A DNA stretch of 58,517 nt from an uncultured Candidatus Saccharibacteria bacterium (GCA_964583675.1 CAZOVH010000004.1:39275-97791); one strand, 5' to 3'; positions 25,469 to 37,439 are shown, counted from the stretch's first letter. A program made the numbers and translations. Notes: generated by a model from the sequence alone, not told the origin.

Positions 25469-26853
25469 GATTTTGTAATCTCCCCTCGGGATAGTTCAAC
25501 ATTAACTAAATAATTTCCACGCAACAATTTGCGCCCCAAAAGCATTGGTACCTTTTGGCTTTGACGATTCGTAAGAGTAAACTGCGTTTCGTGGTCACGG
25601 CCTTGGATACGTACTATTGTACGAATCTTATAGCGATCCTGCCACTGTCCGTTAGAACTTTTCACCTGAACAGCGACAAAATCACGACTGACACAGGTTA
25701 CATATTCTTCTGAGTGAGTTCGTCCACCAACAAAATGCGGCACCTTAAAATGAAGCTCATCGCCATCTTTTGTGTGTTTTATTTTGATACTCTCCGCATG
25801 CAGCGCGCCACTGTATGCGCCCGTATCAGTCTTGGCGGCCACATCAACAATACCAAACTCGGGCAAACCAACGAGCTCAATGCGGCCGATGATTTTTTTC
25901 GGTAATTTAGATGAAGCTTTACGATTATAGCGCTTAGCGATAGATCGCTTTAGATATGCAACAAAGCCCGGGATGTTCTGATCAATAAATGCGCCGGTTA
26001 CAATTTGTGAACCCTGATTAACTTCCAACACAGCTGCACGCCCAGAATTTTTATCCACAATAACATCAACGCCCGAAACTGAGAGATCCATAGCTTCGGC
26101 AGCGCGAACAGCTAGATCAAGTATCTTCTCGGGTGTCTTTTTTTCCTCTACAAGTTGAGCTTGTCCACCTGCAGATGTGTTATTGAGGTGAGATTTGCCC
26201 GAGCCTTTGCGAAAAATAATCATACCTGTCTCGCCGCCATACACCTGAACTCGCCAATCTCCATCGTTTGGAGCAAAATCCTGAATAATCCAATCAATCT
26301 GCGTCCCCTCAACCAACGACTTAGCCTGACGTCGAGTTTTTGCAAAATGATTGTCTTTGCCCTTTTGCCCAATGGTCGATTTAATGACAGCCGGATATTG
26401 CACAATTTCTGAAGCCAAAACATCCTGAATGTGTTTGTGCGATGCGTACATGGTACGCAGTGTCGGCACGCGTGATGCCCACAACTTCATTGTGGTAACC
26501 AGCTTGTTTGCAGCTCCTTTTTGCTCCACGGCCGCATCAATAAACGGCACACCCTTTGCCCTCAGGTAAATGGCCAGCGCTGCGGCAACATCCGGCATAC
26601 CTTCCCAGCCTTTAAAGTATACAAAATCGTAATCCGCAGGGTCTTTTTTACTTGTCCAGTCATATACCTGCGCTTTGCGCTTATCCACTACAAACACTAA
26701 GTCTTCCAGTGCCATTACTTCGCCATCCGCAAAACCAAAGTCTGCATATTTTTTTAAGCGACGCACAAAACCCGCCCCCCGAGTTGAGCCAGGTGCGGCG
26801 GCTTTTTGAAAAATAAACAGTACGCGTGGCTGCGATAGCGCTGGCTTAGTCAT
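25465..26853 (-). CDS. divergent ATP-grasp ligase fused to a C-terminal retropepsin-like peptidase (RimB/'ATP-dependent zinc protease' type)
   Basis: ATP-grasp core (PNDGDWRVQVYGGE, HLNNTSAGG, LEVNQGS) plus a C-terminal KTDTGAYSG ... NRQSQKVPMLLGRKLL module. ATGA overlap with rimK. Confidence 0.7.
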   Translation of the reverse strand: MTKPALSQPRVLFIFQKAAAPGSTRGAGFVRRLKKYADFGFADGEVMALEDLVFVVDKRKAQVYDWTSKKDPADYDFVYFKGWEGMPDVAAALAIYLRAKGVPFIDAAVEQKGAANKLVTTMKLWASRVPTLRTMYASHKHIQDVLASEIVQYPAVIKSTIGQKGKDNHFAKTRRQAKSLVEGTQIDWIIQDFAPNDGDWRVQVYGGETGMIIFRKGSGKSHLNNTSAGGQAQLVEEKKTPEKILDLAVRAAEAMDLSVSGVDVIVDKNSGRAAVLEVNQGSQIVTGAFIDQNIPGFVAYLKRSIAKRYNRKASSKLPKKIIGRIELVGLPEFGIVDVAAKTDTGAYSGALHAESIKIKHTKDGDELHFKVPHFVGGRTHSEEYVTCVSRDFVAVQVKSSNGQWQDRYKIRTIVRIQGRDHETQFTLTNRQSQKVPMLLGRKLLRGNYLVNVELSRGEITKS

Positions 26854-27787
26854 GCTTTTGCACCCCGGCTTTTACACTCATAAACTCCAACATGGCCTGC
26901 ATTTTGCGCTCTGGCTCGGCACCAAGCTGAATTGCGGGTGCCTCATTTACCTCGAGCACGACATGCTCACCGGTGTCTTTATTAATGAGCAAATCGAGAC
27001 CACAAAACTGTTCTCGCCCCACGAGTTTGGCGGCACGAATACTGTCGTTCTTTTGCGCGTCAGTTAGTACATCTGCACTAAAAAACTCAGCATCCGCATC
27101 TTGTGAGGTGTTATTGAGATGAGTTGTATCATCCTGACGGGCGCGCTTAATGACAAGCTTAATTTCTCCGCCAAGAATTAATACTCGATAATCGAAATCA
27201 TTCGGAATAAACGGTTGCGCGATAAATGTGTCGCTCTTATTTTCATCCAGTATGCGCACCAGTTCATCATAAGTATTTACGAGAAAGTTATTATTGCCAC
27301 CAAAAGCCTGAATACTTTTTAATACAAATGGAAACGCGAAAGGTGGGCGCTTCTTAAAGAGTTTTTTAAATTGGCGTACAGAAGTTGTAATGCCGTCGGG
27401 CAATGGAAGATTTTGATCGGCCAGCAATGCTTGCTGCCCAAGCTTAGACAATGGCGTAAAACGACTTACTTCTTGGGTAAAGTACTCGATGTCATGACGC
27501 TCGAGATACTTTGCAGCCGCCAACGATTGCTGCTGAGCTTTGTGGAACAGTTCAAAATACACCAAATCAAATTCACTCAGATCCATCCCAGTCATCGACT
27601 CAACAATGCGCATACTGCCATCCTCGAAATATATCTGGAGATCCTTGAGAGAACCTTGATAAAATTCCATACCAAAATCGCCCGCGCGTTCCGCCATAGG
27701 GTCGAACAGGAGTTTATAGTAGTCGGTTTTATGCTTCCGAAAACTAAAAAATACGAGAACTTTTTTCTTGGATTGGCTCTTCATCAT
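26846..27787 (-). CDS. divergent ATP-grasp ligase, paralogue of the N-terminal part of the 462-aa protein
   Basis: PNDFDYRVLILGGE, HLNNTSQDA and LEVNEAP align with the neighbour's motifs. 8-nt overlap downstream. Confidence 0.7.
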   Translation of the reverse strand: MMKSQSKKKVLVFFSFRKHKTDYYKLLFDPMAERAGDFGMEFYQGSLKDLQIYFEDGSMRIVESMTGMDLSEFDLVYFELFHKAQQQSLAAAKYLERHDIEYFTQEVSRFTPLSKLGQQALLADQNLPLPDGITTSVRQFKKLFKKRPPFAFPFVLKSIQAFGGNNNFLVNTYDELVRILDENKSDTFIAQPFIPNDFDYRVLILGGEIKLVIKRARQDDTTHLNNTSQDADAEFFSADVLTDAQKNDSIRAAKLVGREQFCGLDLLINKDTGEHVVLEVNEAPAIQLGAEPERKMQAMLEFMSVKAGVQKHD

Positions 27788-27821
27788 CGTTTTTAGAATT
27801 AGATGATGATTATACTATATT

Positions 27822-28640
27822 TTAGTCTTCTTGTCCAGATGTAGCGAGAATATTTTCCCTCACTAAAGGCTCGACGATAGCCGACGGCAGACGCTCGGGA
27901 ATTAGAAGCTTTTCTTTTTCAATCCAGCCTAGACGATAGAGTGTAGCAATCGACTGCAAACTCGATTTACCAATATAGAGCATCCAGCGCTGATCTTCGG
28001 GAAGCGCATCAGCTAGAACCTTTTGCTCAGCGTACTCTAGAGCACCGCTACGTGCTACGTACGGTGTGCCATGCGTGAGCTCTCCGCCACTGTTATACGG
28101 CCGCAACGCACCCCCTATTGCCCCTTTCACGGCTTTGCCATAATCTCCTTCCGGATCATCCCGTCTACGAACTTTTAAGAACTCATGCGCGCACTCAACC
28201 ATGGTTCCACCTTCTAGGCGCTTCTCTAGCGCTGCCAAATAGGTAAAATTCACTCGACGATCTTTACCAAACAGTGCATCTAACGAAGCGGCCTCTGTCG
28301 CAACTCCACCAGCCTCGAGCCAGCCCGAAGATCGTGCAGCGCCGAGTGTAGAAAAAAGCTCTAAGCCTAAAAGTTCGGCATTGTGATTTTGCAAAACATG
28401 CGTAATTTCGTGATCTAATACCGGTAGAGCGCCGGCTGGCCTGGCTTGTCCGAGAGTTCGACCAAACTTCTGTGGAATCATGACACATCGCTTTATACTC
28501 GTAACACCAAGTGTTTTTCGACTTGCCTTAGGATCAATCACTGCGCGCCACTTGCCGTCTGGTGCAGGCTCATCAGATTCAGGGTCGTAGTCTTTCTGCT
28601 CGCTGAGCAACCCATATTCTGCAAGCGTCATTTCAACCAT
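27822..28640 (-). CDS. HExxH metallopeptidase (possibly DUF1704/MATCAP-like or DUF4157-like)
   Basis: LDHEITHVLQN followed about 30 aa later by GWLEAGGVATE. The family call comes from remembered motif patterns only. Confidence 0.5.
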   Translation of the reverse strand: MVEMTLAEYGLLSEQKDYDPESDEPAPDGKWRAVIDPKASRKTLGVTSIKRCVMIPQKFGRTLGQARPAGALPVLDHEITHVLQNHNAELLGLELFSTLGAARSSGWLEAGGVATEAASLDALFGKDRRVNFTYLAALEKRLEGGTMVECAHEFLKVRRRDDPEGDYGKAVKGAIGGALRPYNSGGELTHGTPYVARSGALEYAEQKVLADALPEDQRWMLYIGKSSLQSIATLYRLGWIEKEKLLIPERLPSAIVEPLVRENILATSGQED

Positions 28641-28670
28641 CTGCCTTAACTCTTCGGCAGAAACTTTTCT

Positions 28671-29675
28671 TTACTTGAGTAATTCCGGATCTACGTCGGC
28701 ATATGTATAATCTGGCCGGGTCCCACCTTTTTTAAATTCATAGGTTTCTCGCAGTTGACGTAACGCTTCAGGAATATGCCCTTTATCACCTTCGCGATCT
28801 ATGCCACTTATAAATTTATCAATCCTATCTAGAAATCTCGCAAAGCTTTCGCGATCCACAAAACCGGCTTCGACCGATTCCTCCCGATCCGTACGACGTC
28901 GAAGTGCCGGTAATGCCACTTTCATCCGCTCTTTTTGTGTATCAGATAAAATATACCCCTCACGATCCTGCCTAATTAAAGTGAGTGCCTCACGATATAC
29001 GGCGGCTGTAAGCAAATTTACACGCTCAACATGCATTGTGAGTAATTCTTTTTTAAGTTCCGCATTTTTGCCACTAATACTACCCACCTGTTTTTGCACA
29101 TCACGATAGTAGCCACGCATATCGCGTAGTGCCTCTGCTTTTTCCAAAAACAATTCTGGGTCACGCAAACCACGCTCATAAGAAGGATCTGTTTCCGCAT
29201 CATAGCTACCAGTTTCATCTAGTTGACGTAGGTTACTTTCAAGTATTTTACGGGCAAACAGCTTTGACTCCGATAGCACTTCAAGCTTCGGCCGACGCTC
29301 GGAGTCAATAATTCGGCGCGCCATCTCTGCCCGGACATAGCTTGCTCGCTGCTCTTCTGGCACGTCATGGCCTTCCGGAAAATGCTCAGCAAAAACTTCC
29401 GGCTGCAAAAAATACTCAACACAATACTTTTCTTCACGTATCGACATATCGTATATTTCGCGCATAGACTTCTCGGGCTTACGAATATTTTCTGGCGACA
29501 ACACTCCAAAAGGCACCTCGCCATTGGCTAGCGCATGCTCAAAAGACGCAACTTCAAGCCGATCTTCTTCGCTCAATTCGCGTTCGGGTGGACGAGAAAG
29601 CGCTTCGATCGCCCCTCTAAATTCTTCGCCCTCAGGATTAAGTCGCTCTGGGAATACACGTATCCCCTCACTCAT
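28671..29675 (-). CDS. Glu/Arg-rich, probably all-helical hypothetical protein
   Basis: 334 aa with no recognised motif. In the same frame as the downstream peptidase ORF, separated by one TAA plus 10 codons. Confidence 0.5.
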   Translation of the reverse strand: MSEGIRVFPERLNPEGEEFRGAIEALSRPPERELSEEDRLEVASFEHALANGEVPFGVLSPENIRKPEKSMREIYDMSIREEKYCVEYFLQPEVFAEHFPEGHDVPEEQRASYVRAEMARRIIDSERRPKLEVLSESKLFARKILESNLRQLDETGSYDAETDPSYERGLRDPELFLEKAEALRDMRGYYRDVQKQVGSISGKNAELKKELLTMHVERVNLLTAAVYREALTLIRQDREGYILSDTQKERMKVALPALRRRTDREESVEAGFVDRESFARFLDRIDKFISGIDREGDKGHIPEALRQLRETYEFKKGGTRPDYTYADVDPELLK

Positions 29676-30199
29676 TTTTTCTTACCTTTTTTGCCTTTTT
29701 TATCGTCATCTTCTTTAGTTTTTCGTTTCCAGACGGTAATAATTATGAGCCATGCAGTCATAGCCGTGAGTAACCACAAACGATTCTCAGCAGCCAGCGC
29801 GATTAAGTTATATTCATTTAAAACCTTTGTAGCGATTTCTTCTTGCAGATAGCTTTGCGTATAGCCAATAAGAGTCGCCGCCGTGAGAAAAGCAAAAATA
29901 AAACTACGCAAACCAAAGCGACCGCCAACCGATGCTGTCTTGCCAAGAGATAAGCCAACCGCAACAACCAATAGAACTATCAGCTGCACAAAGGCTGGAT
30001 CAATCGGCCCACTAATTGAGGCATCGAGCTGCTTAGCTAAAAAGCCACCAAGCTGATCGGCGACAAAAAAGCCAGCCAACAATGCAGTTGCGATCCGCTT
30101 TAGGCGACCCTCACCAAATAAAAATGCCAAAATAAAGAACCCGCCAATTACGGCGAAAACATAGATGTTTCCATCAACAGTGAGTGGCCCAAACTGCAT
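29672..30199 (-). CDS. small 4-5 TM membrane protein with poly-Lys tail (CvpA-like architecture)
   Basis: Hydrophobic segments throughout, C-terminal KTKEDDDKKGKKGKKK. ATGA overlap with the next gene. Confidence 0.5.
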   Translation of the reverse strand: MQFGPLTVDGNIYVFAVIGGFFILAFLFGEGRLKRIATALLAGFFVADQLGGFLAKQLDASISGPIDPAFVQLIVLLVVAVGLSLGKTASVGGRFGLRSFIFAFLTAATLIGYTQSYLQEEIATKVLNEYNLIALAAENRLWLLTAMTAWLIIITVWKRKTKEDDDKKGKKGKKK

Positions 30200-30239
30200 A
30201 TGCTTGAATTATACACCCCTGCTTAAGAGAAATGCGTCT

Positions 30240-30268
30240 TTGACATAAGAAAAATAGGGGTCTACAAT
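30240..30268 (+). promoter_or_regulatory. near-consensus promoter for the 30303-31713 gene trio
   Basis: TTGACA, a 17-nt spacer, then TACAAT. The -10 box overlaps the ATG at 30267, which argues for the ATG at 30303 as the real start. Confidence 0.55.
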
Positions 30269-30302
30269 GCCTTCAAATCGTACCTTCCAAGATTGGATTG
30301 CT

Positions 30303-30839
30303 ATGAACACCACACCTCGACTCTGTGTTGAGCTCAATGGCTGCATCGCCAACAACCTGGCATTTATGGGAATGCCAGACTTTGGGCCTCCAACCATCCG
30401 CACTCCACCCATCATTGGCGCCTTCGAAGCATTGGCGTGGCTGAACGGACCATTCGCCTACGCCGGTGAAGTACATCTCACAATCTCGTGCACAGATGCG
30501 GAGTTCCACGAACAGGCCGTACAGTGGCTCATCGCTGAACGCTTCAGCCTAAGAACAGGCATTATGCAGGAGAGCATTCACGAGTACGCCACACTTGATG
30601 AACTTGCGAAACTCGCAACTGGCCTACACCCAACAACAGTTGTGGGTGCGCACGTGCAGCCGCTCGTCAGGTTCTTGCTGGCTCGGCAGCAGCTTCTGTT
30701 GGACCCGCATGACTGCGAACAGCACGAATATCACGCCGTACGCCAAACCCGTATGGGCGTGGGAATCCAACGCGTCACCGATTGGCATGAAGTTATGCAG
30801 CTTTGCTTGCGTGAACTCGCCAACTCCTCCCCGACCTAG
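30303..30839 (+). CDS. hypothetical protein with degenerate HAD/5'(3')-deoxyribonucleotidase-like layout
   Basis: RLCVELNGCIANN sits where HAD motif I (DxDGV) would be, then P.IGAFEAL..L and VHLTISCTD. G+C is about 57% by hand count. Start chosen at the second ATG. Confidence 0.4.
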   Translation: MNTTPRLCVELNGCIANNLAFMGMPDFGPPTIRTPPIIGAFEALAWLNGPFAYAGEVHLTISCTDAEFHEQAVQWLIAERFSLRTGIMQESIHEYATLDELAKLATGLHPTTVVGAHVQPLVRFLLARQQLLLDPHDCEQHEYHAVRQTRMGVGIQRVTDWHEVMQLCLRELANSSPT

Positions 30840-30855
30840 TGCCGGGGTTTTTATT
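30829..30855 (+). terminator. short GC hairpin plus T-run
   Basis: CCCCG-9 nt-CGGGG followed by TTTTTATT. The stop codon lies in the loop. Confidence 0.45.
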
Positions 30856-30897
30856 GCCTGTTTGCTTGCAAAAGCAGCAGGCTGACGATATGATACT

Positions 30898-31353
30898 TTG
30901 CACATTTCCGAAAAAAGGAAGAGTACCTTGACTCGACTTCTTGCAGTAGAAGACACACCGCTCACCGATCCGGAACTAGTGCATCGAGTAGCAACCTTTC
31001 ATGGTGCACCACAGGTGTACTGGGACACCTATAAGGCAATCAGAGCATTGAGTGAGCAAGCTGCCTTGTTGGGCAATAAAGAGCTCGCCGGTCGCCTTAA
31101 CTCAGTTTGCACCAAGCTGTCTGGAGCTGACGAAATCGTGTTCTTGCTTCGTGGTGATGCTGCCACCGATGAGCCATCCATGCTTCTGGGCTTCGACATA
31201 TTGGTGTGCTTCTGCACTTTTGCAGAAACGGACAGGCATCACCTACTCCACGAAGTAGAAAGTATTCTCACTTCTGTGGTCTACGACTTCCAACCCGTAC
31301 CAGAAATCGCGGCCCTATTGCCCGCAACATACGGCGTAACATATTTCTCGTAA
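30898..31353 (+). CDS. hypothetical protein (start uncertain, TTG in ORF track)
   Basis: High GC3 in this frame. No recognisable motif. Confidence 0.4.
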   Translation: MHISEKRKSTLTRLLAVEDTPLTDPELVHRVATFHGAPQVYWDTYKAIRALSEQAALLGNKELAGRLNSVCTKLSGADEIVFLLRGDAATDEPSMLLGFDILVCFCTFAETDRHHLLHEVESILTSVVYDFQPVPEIAALLPATYGVTYFS

Positions 31354-31377
31354 ACCCCCGAACCTTGGAGCAAAATC

Positions 31378-31713
31378 ATGAATGATCAGCTGACCACCCA
31401 GAGACAATTCCGTCTCGGCATTGCCGTCGCACCCGAGCCGAAGTTCTCTGACTGCCACGCGCAGACGCTCACCATCCAGCTCATCAGCGGGCCGGCCTTG
31501 GAGCCTCTGGATATCGAACTGTTTGAAAGTGGCATCATGGCAAAACTCGCCGAGCTACCCAGCTCAGTCATTGATCCAATGCCGACGTTCATGGGCTACA
31601 GCCTACAGTCTTTCGAGATTGCCTACATCGGCCCACAGGGAGATCGTGAGAGGGTTCAGAACGCGATTATTGCCCTCTTTCTCGAAACCTTCAACGCAGC
31701 GGTTCGCGTCTAA
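31378..31713 (+). CDS. hypothetical 111-aa protein
   Basis: High GC3, GGAG 8 nt upstream of the ATG, followed by a strong terminator. Confidence 0.5.
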   Translation: MNDQLTTQRQFRLGIAVAPEPKFSDCHAQTLTIQLISGPALEPLDIELFESGIMAKLAELPSSVIDPMPTFMGYSLQSFEIAYIGPQGDRERVQNAIIALFLETFNAAVRV

Positions 31714-31723
31714 GCACCCGCAC

Positions 31724-31751
31724 CCCCAACACAAAGTTGGGGTCTTTTTAT
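31724..31751 (+). terminator. rho-independent terminator, overlaps the stop of the convergent J-protein gene
   Basis: CCCCAAC-acaaa-GTTGGGG followed by TCTTTTTATTT. Confidence 0.75.
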
Positions 31752-32659
31752 TTAAAGAAGCCTTTTTTCTTAGAAACTTTTTGAAATTCTTCCAAAGCTT
31801 GCTTCTGCTTATGGCTAAGCTTCTGAGGAATCTCAATACTCACTTCAACCAAATGATCACCGTGTCGATGTGTGCCTGGAATTGGCATACCTTTGCCAGA
31901 AAGTTTTAGGATTTTACCAGGCTGCGTACCTGCTGGCACCTTGATGGTTATCTCGCCTTCGAGCGTCTTAATATCAACTTCGGTACCAAGCGCAGCATCA
32001 ATCATGTCAATTGTAATTCGCGAAACAAGGCTCGCACCGTGTCGTTCAAAACCCTTTGGTTCGCGCACATGCACATCTACATACAAATCACCACGAGCAC
32101 CGCCCTGCCCATACTCACCTTTTCCAGCCATGCGGATGGACTGACCATTATCAATGCCAGCGGGGATTTTTACTTTCACCGATTCGTTTTTACGTTCACC
32201 AGTAGTGCGGTCCATAACACGCAAATTTAGCTCGCGGGTGGCACCTTTTACTGCCTCATCAAAATCGATTGCTAATGCCACCTGCACATCACGTGGTCGG
32301 TAGCGCATACCACCAAAAATTTCTGAAAAAATATCACCAAAGCCACCAGCTCCAGAAAAATCAAACTGCACACCATCAAAACCACCGCCAAATGGATTAC
32401 CTCCTGCATAGGGATTGCCACCTGGTCCACCTGCGTTTGCCGCACCAGCTGAATGTCCAAACTGGTCGTAAGCAGCTCGTTTTTGATCGTCCGACAGAAC
32501 CTCGTAAGCCTCACCTGCCTCTTTAAACTTCTGCTCGTCACCACCTTCACGATCTGGATGATATTTCAGGGCAGCTTTCTTAAAAGCCTTTTTTATTTCT
32601 TCTTGGCTAGCACCCTTGGCAACGCCAAGCACTTCATAGTAATCGCGCTTGCTGCTCAT
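31748..32659 (-). CDS. J-domain co-chaperone without zinc-finger region (CbpA/type II DnaJ)
   Basis: DYYEVLGV...HPDR J domain, a Gly/Phe-rich linker, and two C-terminal beta domains. No CxxCxGxG repeats. Confidence 0.85.
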   Translation of the reverse strand: MSSKRDYYEVLGVAKGASQEEIKKAFKKAALKYHPDREGGDEQKFKEAGEAYEVLSDDQKRAAYDQFGHSAGAANAGGPGGNPYAGGNPFGGGFDGVQFDFSGAGGFGDIFSEIFGGMRYRPRDVQVALAIDFDEAVKGATRELNLRVMDRTTGERKNESVKVKIPAGIDNGQSIRMAGKGEYGQGGARGDLYVDVHVREPKGFERHGASLVSRITIDMIDAALGTEVDIKTLEGEITIKVPAGTQPGKILKLSGKGMPIPGTHRHGDHLVEVSIEIPQKLSHKQKQALEEFQKVSKKKGFFK

Positions 32660-33468
32660 GCTTTATCCTCAGTGTTTTTCGGTTTTTTTGTAGTTTTGCG
32701 GGCTGGTTTTGGTGTGGGCTCTGACTTTTGATCAGCCGGAGCTTGCATCGTCGGCAGCATGCTCGCCAAACGCGATCCAGTAAATACCGAAGGTGCGGAT
32801 TGCTGCTTCTTGTGGTGATGTTCTGAGTGATTTTTCTGTGGCACAGCTGGCTTTTCTTTCTTTGGGGCGGGTGCCAGTACGGCTGCTGCGTGCTTAGAGG
32901 TAATAGTATGGCGCTTATCGGCGGTGCGCGCCAAGGCGGCATTACTCACCCCACGAAAACCAATGTACACCAGCTCGGCGCCGCGGCGCTTAGATTCTAA
33001 AACTGCCGGCATTAAATCGCCATCCGACGAGAGCAAGACCAAACGAACATTGTCGCCAGATGCACGAATCATATCGGTAGCAATCGTTACATCCACACCT
33101 TTTTCCACCAGCACTGGCTCACGGTGGCCACACTCCACGCATGGCTTACCATCACGTACCAAAAGATGACCCGCTTCAACATAATCTACGTGCTGCGATT
33201 CCAGTACTTTCTTCCATGCCTCAGCATCAGTGGCGTAGCGTTCGGTGCGCTCTTTGAGCTCTGGTGTTTTATCAATAATATGAATTTTTGAAGCATAGTA
33301 GCGAATGCTCGCGGTGCGTACGCCAGGATCTTGTAAAACATTTTCGAAGAGCTTGCGAATGTTTACGCGCGAAAGCTCATCGCGATAACGAATAAGTTTC
33401 CGCGATGCGAGAGAGTCACGCAACTGATACACAAAGTTTTCACCGTCAATAAAAAAGATTGTTTTCAT
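32656..33468 (-). CDS. NYN/LabA-like domain protein with basic low-complexity tail
   Basis: IFFIDGENF and [12 protein letters not shown] motifs. C-terminal Lys/Pro/Ala-rich tail. Confidence 0.65.
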   Translation of the reverse strand: MKTIFFIDGENFVYQLRDSLASRKLIRYRDELSRVNIRKLFENVLQDPGVRTASIRYYASKIHIIDKTPELKERTERYATDAEAWKKVLESQHVDYVEAGHLLVRDGKPCVECGHREPVLVEKGVDVTIATDMIRASGDNVRLVLLSSDGDLMPAVLESKRRGAELVYIGFRGVSNAALARTADKRHTITSKHAAAVLAPAPKKEKPAVPQKNHSEHHHKKQQSAPSVFTGSRLASMLPTMQAPADQKSEPTPKPARKTTKKPKNTEDKA

Positions 33469-33791
33469 GATTTTTTCTTACCCTTTGGTTTGTCATTAAA
33501 AGCTACAAAGCCAGCCACCCCAGCCCCAACCAGCGTAAGTACTGCTACGTCATAGGGATGATAACGGAGGTACGCGGAAGGCCCCACGCACGCGAGAAAG
33601 TACTTCCCGTCATCTCGATTTGACCACCACTGCCAGAAAAAATAGACATCATCCCAACTATTTTGATACGAGTTCACCGCCTCTCCGCTGGCGCACTCTT
33701 GCGACAGCTGCTCGCTGACAGTAGTGGTAGCAAAGTACCCCGCCGTGATGAGCAGCCCTATCGTAATGGTGAGTGCAGCAAGTGATTTCAA
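33465..33791 (-). CDS. small membrane protein
   Basis: TM helices at both ends, Trp-rich middle, 4-nt overlap downstream. Confidence 0.4.
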   Translation of the reverse strand: MKSLAALTITIGLLITAGYFATTTVSEQLSQECASGEAVNSYQNSWDDVYFFWQWWSNRDDGKYFLACVGPSAYLRYHPYDVAVLTLVGAGVAGFVAFNDKPKGKKKS

Positions 33792-33795
33792 TACT

Positions 33796-34158
33796 TTATT
33801 TTCCTTCTTCCCATAAAACGATTCTGTGCTTAAACCACTTTTCTTGAAATTCTAGTTTGCTTTCCAACTCAGCCTCTGTGTACTTCGTGCCATCACTGGC
33901 AATTAACTTGTCTTCGTTATCATCTTTGCGATGCACATAGCCAATACACTGAGCCGAGACTGTCTTTAGCGGCTTGTCAGAAGACAAATAGTACACATCA
34001 ATTGGGTCACCATCACCCGCCTTGGTATCGGGTACGAATCCATAATTTAGAGGGTAGACCATGTCAGGAAATTTTGGGTGCACAGAACCCAAGGGACGAT
34101 CGAATTCAACTTCAATCGTTGCCCCTAGAAAATCTTTGCCCTGTGCAATTTTTGTCAT
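33796..34158 (-). CDS. ppa: short inorganic pyrophosphatase-family protein
   Basis: YPLNYGFVPDTKAGDGDPIDV matches the family I PPase active-site region. Only 120 aa. Confidence 0.6.
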   Translation of the reverse strand: MTKIAQGKDFLGATIEVEFDRPLGSVHPKFPDMVYPLNYGFVPDTKAGDGDPIDVYYLSSDKPLKTVSAQCIGYVHRKDDNEDKLIASDGTKYTEAELESKLEFQEKWFKHRIVLWEEGK

Positions 34159-34162
34159 CTAG

Positions 34163-36622
<2,460 letters not shown>

Positions 36623-36630
<8 letters not shown>

Positions 36631-37321
36631 TGAGTACTTCCTCCAATTTCTTTCCTGTGAGAGCTACAAGACTGGTTACTTTTGGATAATCCTGACGCGT
36701 TGGCCCGACAACCCCAACATAGCTACTGGCCGAATACGGGCTTTCAAACTTAGCCACCACCATTGCCATGCCACTGGTGCGCGCAAACGGATTCTCTTGT
36801 CCGATAAACACACCAAGATCGTCCTGAAAGCCGGTTGCCAACAGCCATTCTGAGAGTGCATCGAGATAACGCGCGGCAGCAGCAGCTCGGAGCTGTAGAG
36901 CAAATTCTGGCTGTGAAAAAAGCTGATGCAAGCCATGGTAATACACGGTGTCCGAGAGCGTTGCAAACGCCATATTGCCGGTCATGTCTGAAAGCGTTTC
37001 GGTGGCAATCTTGATGGCGCGATCAGCCCGATCCTTTAAAGATGCCACCCTCTTTTCCATAGTATGGACGGTACGCTGCTTTGGCTCGAGCACAGCTAAA
37101 TTATTTACATAATAGCGGTAACCCTTGTCGGTAGGTACGCGTCCAGCCGAGATATGTGGCTGGTAAATATAGTCGGCGCGCTCCAGGGCGGCCATTTCGG
37201 CACGGATTGTGGCCGAGCTGACATCAAACACCTCACATAGCGCGTGAGAGCTCACCGGCTCAGCAGTAGCTGAGTACTGATGAACAATTTCCATAAGAAT
37301 TGCGGCTTGGCGTTCTGTCAT
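36623..37321 (-). CDS. hrcA: heat-inducible repressor HrcA (short form)
   Basis: Winged-helix N-terminus ([11 protein letters not shown]), operon context, and CIRCE operators upstream. Confidence 0.8.
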
Positions 37322-37439
37322 AGTAGTAAATTGGGTCGGACAGATTGGCTTTCTCTAGAATACACACCTCAACGCTGCTGTCAGAGGGTAGCTTTGTGGT
37401 GAATCATGCAAGAGCAATCTGTCCGCTGCTGCACCCACA

